Shown here one piece after another: positions 19,289-26,392 of a stretch of DNA of 64,000 nucleotides. Where the stretch lies: the IMG/VR virus record IMGVR_UViG_3300033233_000019, positions 1 through 64,000 of that record; one strand, given 5' to 3'. A model generated the notes under the pieces. It was not told the DNA's origin, searched no databases, and saw nothing but the letters and a program-made list of their open reading frames with translations. The stretch's first letter is position 1. Every line of letters begins with the position of its first letter. This DNA comes from a virus. The translations under genes were made by a program, and so were the position numbers.

Positions 19289-19673
19289 GAGGGATAATGA
19301 AGAAAGACAACAGAGATGATTGGGAACTACACAGGGACGGAGACTGTGAGTTCGATTGCCCGTTCTGCTATGATGAGGGGTTTGAGCATACTCAGATCGA
19401 AGCGGAGGAGACTAATGACTAACACATCTAGGATAGACGTAGGAACGGTCAACGTCTGCATCAAGCGGGTCTGCTACGACTGCCGCAAGGGAGACGATCC
19501 TATTCGGCAGTCGGACGGCGATTGGATGCACATGATGATGGGATTCGATGATTGGTCTGAGCACTGCCCTGCTGCGAGGCTGCACGAGTTGTTATGGGAA
19601 TATCATGGCTTGTGAGAAGTGTTGGCGGCTTATCTTCGGATGATGTATCGTGGCGGGAGTCAAGCGGATCACC

Positions 19674-19746
19674 GTGTGAGTCCGGTTGAAAACAGCAGAC
19701 TGTAAATCTGCCGCCCCGGCATCGGTGCGAATCCATCCCCATGCCA
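19674..19746 (+). pseudogene. degenerate tRNA-Tyr(GTA)-like element
   Basis: Perfect anticodon arm GCAGA-CTGTAAA-TCTGC, GGTGCGAATCC T-loop remnant, ends CCA; D arm eroded. Confidence 0.45.
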
Positions 19747-19760
19747 TATTAGGAGGAACA

Positions 19761-20009
19761 ATGAAGTGGTTGATTTTAGTTCTGGTTAGTTTTATGCTAG
19801 TTGGCTGTCACAAGAAGCCAGTCAAAGCATTTGTCGAACCTTTACACTTCAGCGAAACAATCAACTACGATTGTATCGACCACATTGAAGTGCAGCGCGG
19901 GTATTGTCGCAAGCCGTTGGGCAGCGATGTAGCAACTTGCAGTCTGGTGAAACCAGTAAAGAAGAATACTGAAGAATGCCAGAAAGCAAATAACGTTTTT
20001 CCAGACTAG
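19761..20009 (+). CDS. small lipoprotein
   Basis: AGGAGG RBS; MKWLILVLVSFMLVGC lipobox. Confidence 0.7.
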   Translation: MKWLILVLVSFMLVGCHKKPVKAFVEPLHFSETINYDCIDHIEVQRGYCRKPLGSDVATCSLVKPVKKNTEECQKANNVFPD

Positions 20010-20093
20010 TAGAGGAGAAAGAATGTTTAATGTGGCGTTTTTTGCGCTGTTACTCTTGTGCGTGTACGCACTAATTTTAGGATGGAGGAAGTA

Positions 20094-20330
20094 ATGATTG
20101 ATGATCTGTATCATTGTCCGCGATGCGAGGCTGGTGAGTCTACAATCGGCAGCACATTTCGTTGGCACGGCTATACGCCACAGGAAGGCTATAAGAATGC
20201 GGAGCAATGCTTCGACGGTTTTACTCGTGCTGTAGTAGAAATTCTTCTAGACGACTATTACGAGTTCGATTGCCCATTCTGTTACAAGGAAGATGATGAA
20301 GACGGATTGGAATGGGACGACGAGTACTAA
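20094..20330 (+). CDS. small zinc-finger acidic protein
   Basis: GGAGG RBS; CPRC...CPFC. Confidence 0.6.
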   Translation: MIDDLYHCPRCEAGESTIGSTFRWHGYTPQEGYKNAEQCFDGFTRAVVEILLDDYYEFDCPFCYKEDDEDGLEWDDEY

Positions 20331-20399
20331 AGACCTGATCATGCCGTGCAATCGCAAACGTATCATATTGTACGGATACAATCTTATCGCGCCTTGAAA

Positions 20400-20514
20400 A
20401 CAACTTTAACTCATAAGTTGTAGGTTCGATCCCTGCGCCCACCAACACCGACTTCGTTCAGTGGCAGGATGCCTTAGGAGCATCACAGGGGGTCGATTCC
20501 ATTAGTCGGTGCCA
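20400..20514 (+). pseudogene. tandem truncated tRNA-like elements (3' T-arm/CCA remnant plus compact element with UAG loop)
   Basis: GTAGG-TTCGATC-CCTGC-GCCCACCA (ends 20444); ACCGACT/AGTCGGT-G-CCA acceptor with GATGC-CTTAGGA-GCATC arm (20447-20514). Confidence 0.45.
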
Positions 20515-20849
20515 TCCACTCACACTCGACTTGTCATTGAGATTGTGCAATATTCTTCAACTGGTCACTTATTCTATGTGCTCGTTCGCCTGTCATTTTA
20601 TGCACTTTCCCGGCGCATGGTTCATGATTTCAGGATCGATGTCGGATGCGATATCCGTCATGCGAACGTCATGTAGAGGGCAGGACGGGTCTTGACAGTG
20701 GCAGTATGGGTCTAACGCTTCGGTATGTGGGAGCGTTACTCGCGCAGCGCATGGACCAGCGTTACCGGGCGTGCGTGAGCACCATCCTTGGGGTGGTTTG
20801 TCGCAAACCGTTGAACGGTCGGGATCGACGGTTACTGGATTGTAAGGAA

Positions 20850-20925
20850 TGGAGCCGGGAGCGTGGGTCGAACACGCAGCCTTCTGATTACAGATCAGAT
20901 ACTCTGCCAATTGAGTTATCCCGGC
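20850..20925 (-). tRNA. tRNA-Thr(TGT), atypical C33
   Basis: Full 76-nt cloverleaf GCCGGGA-TA-ACTC-AATTGGCA-GAGT-A-TCTGA-TCTGTAA-TCAGA-AGGCT-GCGTG-TTCGACC-CACGC-TCCCGGC-T-CCA. Confidence 0.9.
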
Positions 20926-21049
20926 GCTTATCTTGTTTAGAGTAATGTTAACGTCTCGTAGTTGATTATAAATCTGCCAACTCAAATCCATTTGTTCCTC
21001 CTAGCATAACTCCACATTGCTCCAAGTATCAGAGCCAGCAACCACAAAT

Positions 21050-21454
21050 CTAAAAGCCACATTTGGACTTTACAAAATGTTCATAAACTACTTTTATCCA
21101 GTCGGAAAACTCTTCAACAGTCAAATTACTTTTAGCCTGATTGCACCGTTTGCAGCAGGGCACTACATTGGACAAAAGATATCCGGCACTAGGCACGACT
21201 TGATCCAACCCTGAGCTTGTAGTGTTTAACGAACCTCCACAATAATGACATGGCTGTTTTAATAGATGTTCGTGTTCATAGATGGTTATGTTGCAAAACT
21301 TACCTTTTGATTTGGCAAGAGACAAAAGCACACTGTATCTTCCTTTTGGAGTTCTTAGATAAGCGCGGTTTAGCTTGTCCAATAAATCCTTATGCTTGGC
21401 ACGATATGCTTTTCTAGTTGCCCGCTCTTTATCTTTGTCTTTATATCTACTCAC
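21050..21454 (-). CDS. HNH-like endonuclease
   Basis: CHYCG...GLDQVVPSAGY..SNVVPCCKRCNQAK. Confidence 0.8.
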   Translation of the reverse strand: MSRYKDKDKERATRKAYRAKHKDLLDKLNRAYLRTPKGRYSVLLSLAKSKGKFCNITIYEHEHLLKQPCHYCGGSLNTTSSGLDQVVPSAGYLLSNVVPCCKRCNQAKSNLTVEEFSDWIKVVYEHFVKSKCGF

Positions 21455-21662
21455 TCTTCACCTGATATTCTGGTTGTAATGATATTCCTTTTTTAGAATA
21501 GAAACAAGCCTCTTCCAACTTCGTCTTTACGATTGAAAGCTGTCTGCCCTCTGGCAAAGCCGCCTCGATCACACACAGAAGTGTATCGAATGCGTGTCCG
21601 ATGTTCTGGACTCGTGCGAATCCTTTTACGTTTAATTGGCGATCATCAAATAAATCATTCAT
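21447..21662 (-). CDS. Acb2/Tad1-like helical-hairpin nucleotide-sponge anti-defence protein
   Basis: 71 aa with PEGRQLSIVKTKLEEACFY, matching the R..S...TKLEEA..(W/Y) hairpin motif. Confidence 0.65.
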   Translation of the reverse strand: MNDLFDDRQLNVKGFARVQNIGHAFDTLLCVIEAALPEGRQLSIVKTKLEEACFYSKKGISLQPEYQVKSE

Positions 21663-21865
21663 TTCTTCTCCCCGTAGAACTGAAAAAACTTAAAGACCGG
21701 ATCGTCCGGGTCTGCTCTGTAAACCAAGACTGCTCTAAACTCGTCCGCTGTCAGACAGCCCTTCTCTTGGTTGCATGTGTTACACGCATCCTTGTTCCAC
21801 TTCTTGTCTTTGCTGCCTTTGCATGTCGGAACAACGCGGTCAAGCGTGTGATTCTTACGACTCAT
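21659..21865 (-). CDS. small HNH-like protein
   Basis: TLDRVVP..KG...ACNTCNQEKG. Confidence 0.6.
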   Translation of the reverse strand: MSRKNHTLDRVVPTCKGSKDKKWNKDACNTCNQEKGCLTADEFRAVLVYRADPDDPVFKFFQFYGEKK

Positions 21866-21895
21866 GACCGCAGTAATAGTATCGCTTGACCGGGA

Positions 21896-22402
21896 TTACG
21901 GCTTGATCATCCTCCAAGGAATGCCAGCTTCAGTAAACATCATCTGAGAAATCTTGATGGCTTCCAGCCAACGCTGGACTCGCGGATCACTCATGTCAGG
22001 CTCGTAGCCGACAATCTCACCGATGCGCGACTGGATGGCGTCCTTGGCACATTCGTTGCAGATCGGCGGGAAAGAGAAGCTTGGGTAAACATACAACGTG
22101 CCGCCCTTCGCGTAATCGCCAGCCTTGCGTATTGCGTTCGACTCAGCATGAACCACCAGTTTGTACTTCAGTTCGCGGTCAGCATAACGTTCCGGCGAAT
22201 CCACGACTCCACGAGGAAATCCGTTGTAGCCAACAAATTCCTTTTGCAGATCGTAGTTGACCAGCACAGCGCCTACTTGCGTGCTTGGGTCTTTCGACCA
22301 TGTGCTGACAAGCTTCGCCATTTCCAAGTAGCGACGATCCCACTTCTCCTGCTTGTCTTTGTAATCTCCGGTTGCCTGATTGATTCTTCCTAACTCGTTC
22401 AT
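21896..22402 (-). CDS. dCMP deaminase
   Basis: SKDPSTQVGA, GYNGFPRG, HAE, PxCxxC. Confidence 0.92.
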   Translation of the reverse strand: MNELGRINQATGDYKDKQEKWDRRYLEMAKLVSTWSKDPSTQVGAVLVNYDLQKEFVGYNGFPRGVVDSPERYADRELKYKLVVHAESNAIRKAGDYAKGGTLYVYPSFSFPPICNECAKDAIQSRIGEIVGYEPDMSDPRVQRWLEAIKISQMMFTEAGIPWRMIKP

Positions 22403-22749
22403 TGCTCCTCCAACCACTTCTCAAAATATTTGGCGTTCGTGAAAGCCATGTCGCTCTCACTCTTCGTCAGCTTGCGCTCAATTGGTGTGCTGATCGTTCG
22501 CATGAACACCACCAACTTCATCATTTCTTTTTTGGTGTCTGCGTCCATTACAGCTTTTCCCAATCGATAGGTTCATTAAATCCGGCTTCAGTACGAAGAT
22601 CATTCAGCTTCTTCGCTATCTGAGGCTCTCCAATTGCCAGAGCCAGACCAATCACATCGATGAACGACTTGTTCCAAAGCTTTCTCGCTTCGACCATGCC
22701 ATATGCATCGGTGTCAACTGGTGTTGGATGATTGTCGATTCCGTCCTTG

Positions 22750-24387
22750 TTAACTTCCACAACTTCCTCCTCGCAAGTCGCAAACGTCCGCTTGCTCGTA
22801 AATTATTTCGTCCTTGTGCTTCAGCGCCGTTTGATACGACACCGGGACTAATGGTTGACCGCTTCGCGCACCATCCGGGTAAAACGTAATGCCGCGCAAT
22901 TGAGGCAAGTACTTCATCAGCATCTTGCCCATCGGCTTAACCTTGTCTTCGTTGTTCCACTCGCTGCCCCAAGGCGGCAAGTTGATTGTGCTGCTAATCG
23001 CATGATCCACGTAACGCTGCATGAATGCTTGAAAAGCAACGCGGCGCTCCGGGGTTTTCGACAACTCGTAAGCGTCTTCAATCTTGTCTGGATCGATACC
23101 TTTCTTGATCAACCTCTCAGCAGTTGGGTCAACGACGTACTGAAGGGCGCGTTTCTTGCCATCGGTGAAATAAAGTCTGCGATACGCAACACAGAGTATA
23201 GGCTCAATACAAGTAGTAGTTTCTCCCACAATTCCGATAGTTCCATTCGGAGCGAGGGCGCGATTCTTGACTGGTGTCGATAGGTTCCAAAGCTTCGCGT
23301 ATTTTTTGGACGCATCGTCGCTCTCCTGTTCATAAAGCATCAACCAAGCTTTCAACTCTTCGCACTCACCATAGACGTGTCCGCGTGTGAGCAACCACTC
23401 TGCGACTCCCATCAGACCTAATCCAAGGCGGCGGTTCTTATCTCTAACTTCACGAATCTTCTCTGTCGGAACATCGCTATAGACTGTCCCGGCCAACAGA
23501 AACGCGATTGCTGCTTGGACTGCTTGTTGGAACTCAAGCAGTGAGGCAAATCTCACCATGTTGAGCGATCCAAGATTGCAGATATCGCTGTCTTCGTGGC
23601 TCGTGATTTCGGTACACGCATTTCGTAAGTTTTCCCCTTCGTTCTTGAAAGCGTCGATGCTGAAGCCGGGGTCACCCGTGCTCATCGCTTGCTTCAGTGT
23701 CTTGTAAAACCTTTTGCGTGTGTGGGTGCCGTCAGCTTCAAACTTTCTGAAAAACTCCGTGTCCAAAATCGTGCTGATGTTCGTCATGTCGAGCGGCGCA
23801 GGAAAATCATAATCCTTCGCCTTCAACGCCACAACTTCCGGCGACCAATTCTTGATCGTAGTGAACGTATCAATGTCAGGATGATTCCAGTGCAGCCCTG
23901 CCCAAATCGCGCCTCTACGATTACCACCAGAGCGAATGAATCGCCCGGACTCATTGACCATTTGCATCAATGCAAGCGGCCCACTGGCGACACCGCCTGT
24001 CTTCTTGATTGGCTCACCATATCCGCGAAGATCGGAATACACCACACCTTCGCCAGCACCAGTCATAAGTGACATGCTGGATTTGTACATCAAGCCAGAC
24101 CAACCCTCACGACTGTCTTCGGCGCGGAACAACGCACAATTCTGTGTTTGGTGAAATGGTTTTCCGGTTGCTGCCAAATAACGACCACCGGGAAGAAATT
24201 TTCTGTCACGAATCAGACCTTCAACAAACGCGATCAACTCTTTGTCTTTGGTTACAGAACTGAGGACAGTGTGCGCGACTCTATGTGCCAACTCTGCCCA
24301 TGTTTCTTTCGTACCGTCGCCCTTCACTTGCAGATATCGGTTCTTGGCAACTTCTCGTGCGAGACTACCCCACTTGTCCAGACTCAT
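22750..24387 (-). CDS. nrdJ: class II (adenosylcobalamin-dependent) ribonucleotide reductase
   Basis: FLPGGR, QNC, RRGA, NACTEI (thiyl Cys), CNLGSLN, R.LGLG.MG, APNGT, ISSTIN, C-terminal Cys pair; no nrdB nearby. Confidence 0.88.
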   Translation of the reverse strand: MSLDKWGSLAREVAKNRYLQVKGDGTKETWAELAHRVAHTVLSSVTKDKELIAFVEGLIRDRKFLPGGRYLAATGKPFHQTQNCALFRAEDSREGWSGLMYKSSMSLMTGAGEGVVYSDLRGYGEPIKKTGGVASGPLALMQMVNESGRFIRSGGNRRGAIWAGLHWNHPDIDTFTTIKNWSPEVVALKAKDYDFPAPLDMTNISTILDTEFFRKFEADGTHTRKRFYKTLKQAMSTGDPGFSIDAFKNEGENLRNACTEITSHEDSDICNLGSLNMVRFASLLEFQQAVQAAIAFLLAGTVYSDVPTEKIREVRDKNRRLGLGLMGVAEWLLTRGHVYGECEELKAWLMLYEQESDDASKKYAKLWNLSTPVKNRALAPNGTIGIVGETTTCIEPILCVAYRRLYFTDGKKRALQYVVDPTAERLIKKGIDPDKIEDAYELSKTPERRVAFQAFMQRYVDHAISSTINLPPWGSEWNNEDKVKPMGKMLMKYLPQLRGITFYPDGARSGQPLVPVSYQTALKHKDEIIYEQADVCDLRGGSCGS

Positions 24388-24564
24388 TGCTCTCCTTGGA
24401 TGCTTCGTCTTCGTGCCGTTGCTGAATGTCTGCAATCATCATCAACGCCACGCCGCACGCGACAACTCGCTGATGAATGTCGTGCAGCGAAAGCATAACC
24501 AGAAGCATGATCAGTATATTGATTATGATGGCACCGATTACGATCCACATGTTTCCTCCAAAAA

Positions 24565-24952
24565 TTAACGGGCGCGTTCTGTTGCAAGGTCGCGCCCTAA
24601 CCCCTATCCGCGTTACGCCGAAGCGTAAGCGAAAGATGGTTCCACCGAAAGATGGGGAACAGTGATGGACTTGCGCCCACCCTGCCAACCTTCAATCATG
24701 GAACTTGCGATAAACGGTTTAGCATTTATCCGTTGCATGTCGTTTTAAGGTGCGCCATACTACCACCGCATTGTCCATGATCCCTGAAATGTATCCGTCG
24801 AAACCTTGACACGCCCATTATAAACAGTTGAACACGTTTTTACGGCCCACGTTTGAACGTCAATGTTTGTCTTCGTTCAACTGCTTATGGTGGACGTGAC
24901 GAGAGTCGAACTCGTGTCCGCATACACCAACAATCACTTCATACCATGCTTA
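24565..24952 (-). ncRNA. ssrA: circularly permuted (two-piece) tmRNA
   Basis: Acceptor piece (T-arm ACGAG-TTCGACT-CTCGT, CACGTCC-A-CCA ending 24888) lies upstream of coding piece starting GGGCGTG-TCAAGGTTTCGAC at 24816; G3:U70 pair; tag frame 24723-24613. Confidence 0.9.
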
Positions 24953-25150
24953 AACTTATAAAATTTAGGGCGGGGTGGTTATGAACCGTTCCCCGTTATC
25001 CCCAAATGGCAAGTTGCGACCTTGCCGTGCTTATTGCCCACACCAACGGAGCGCCGTCTACAGTCCTGAATCTTGTACAGGCGTAACGTCCCGGCTAGAC
25101 TGCTACCGTATGTTGGAATATGCGATGCGCTTCACTGTGAGCAAACTTAA

Positions 25151-25393
25151 TTAGCCAAGCAGCTTGTGAAGTTCATCCAGACCAGCGTGAACCAGCTTCG
25201 CCTCTTCGGTCTTCGCAGCCGTGGCTGCCTTCAGAGCAATCAACTTTCCTTCGGCTTCGGCAACCTTGGCGAACGCAGTCACACCGCCCGTAACCTGCCC
25301 GACAGCAGCCTTCGCTGCGGCACTCTTCGTGTACAGCTTGTACCCGAAAAACGCAGCGATGGCGAGAGCCACCAGAACGATGAATGTGATCAT
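25151..25393 (-). CDS. small membrane-anchored Ala-rich protein
   Basis: AGGAGG RBS; N-terminal TM helix. Confidence 0.7.
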   Translation of the reverse strand: MITFIVLVALAIAAFFGYKLYTKSAAAKAAVGQVTGGVTAFAKVAEAEGKLIALKAATAAKTEEAKLVHAGLDELHKLLG

Positions 25394-25480
25394 ATTCCTC
25401 CTTGTTAACAACGGGAGCCTCACGGCCCTCCACCAGTTGCATTTACGATGCAACAAACGCCAGTACCCGGACCACCAAGT

Positions 25481-25810
25481 TTACGTCTTGGAACGGTTAT
25501 GACTTTCTTGTGGTACACCCAACTTCCTGCCGTTCGTTTTCCAGTGCTCCCTTTGAGCGTTCGTCTTCAAGTCGCAGAAGTCGGCTATATCCCGCAAGCA
25601 AGCTGCGTCCAGAATGATGCTGTTGTCCAGTGGGCGATACGTGTATTTCCACCACGCTCCGTGCCAGCGTACAACACCCAAAGATACTGAGGATTGTCGG
25701 CTGATCACCGTAAAGACCCGCGTCTTCGCGTGATAAGCGTCACATTTCCCGTTGTCCCTGAAATTCAGGAACGCGCCTTGCGTCCATTCCTTATCCAACT
25801 CTGTAAGCAT
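25481..25810 (-). CDS. hypothetical protein
   Basis: 109 aa; promoter TTGACA-17-TACAAT at 25809-25837 overlaps the annotated start. Confidence 0.6.
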   Translation of the reverse strand: MLTELDKEWTQGAFLNFRDNGKCDAYHAKTRVFTVISRQSSVSLGVVRWHGAWWKYTYRPLDNSIILDAACLRDIADFCDLKTNAQREHWKTNGRKLGVPQESHNRSKT

Positions 25811-25861
25811 TGTACACTACTCCATTTGGTTTGTCAAGTTTTTTCGCAATAAAACTTGACA

Positions 25862-26392
25862 TTATTTCTGCCAGCTTCGGATCAGATTACCAATTAGCAC
25901 CCATTCGTCGTAGCTGAAGTGGTCAGACTTAGACCTATTGCATCGAGCACAGCACACTACACAATTATCCATTGTGTAACCTACCTTGTTATCTCGTCTG
26001 TCGAGCTTATAGCCGTTAGCGGTGCTATAGGGCTTCCAAACTACCTTATCGTCGCAATAATGACACCTATTTATGGTGGTGAACTTAACAAATTCGGCGT
26101 AAGTCAAGGACACTGTGGTGCGTGCTTTAGCTAACTTTACTAGCACGTTGTATAAAGCCTCAAATGGACGCAATTTATGGTGCGCTCTATAGCACGAATT
26201 ACAGCCTGTGTTCTTACCTCGCAATATATTAGATGCAGTCTTCGTAAATTCAATTCCGCATTTACAGCGGCATTGCCAGACTGAATGATGTCGGTCAGCA
26301 GTATATGTCGAAACTAAATAAAGAATTTTTAAGTTACCAAATACTCTTCCTGTAAGATTTACAAATTTATTAGGCATTATTTTCTCCAACAA
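25862..26392 (-). CDS. HNH-like endonuclease with N-terminal LTG..FG.L / CxCxCG domain
   Basis: NLTGRVFGNL...WQCRCKCG; CHYC...LDRRDNKVGY..DNCVVCCARCNRSK. Confidence 0.8.
   Translation of the reverse strand: MLEKIMPNKFVNLTGRVFGNLKILYLVSTYTADRHHSVWQCRCKCGIEFTKTASNILRGKNTGCNSCYRAHHKLRPFEALYNVLVKLAKARTTVSLTYAEFVKFTTINRCHYCDDKVVWKPYSTANGYKLDRRDNKVGYTMDNCVVCCARCNRSKSDHFSYDEWVLIGNLIRSWQK

Noticed and set aside
24551-24688. 5' extension of ORF 24365-24688
   Set aside because: Overlaps the tmRNA tag region; the credible start is MWIVIG at 24550 with a GGAGG RBS
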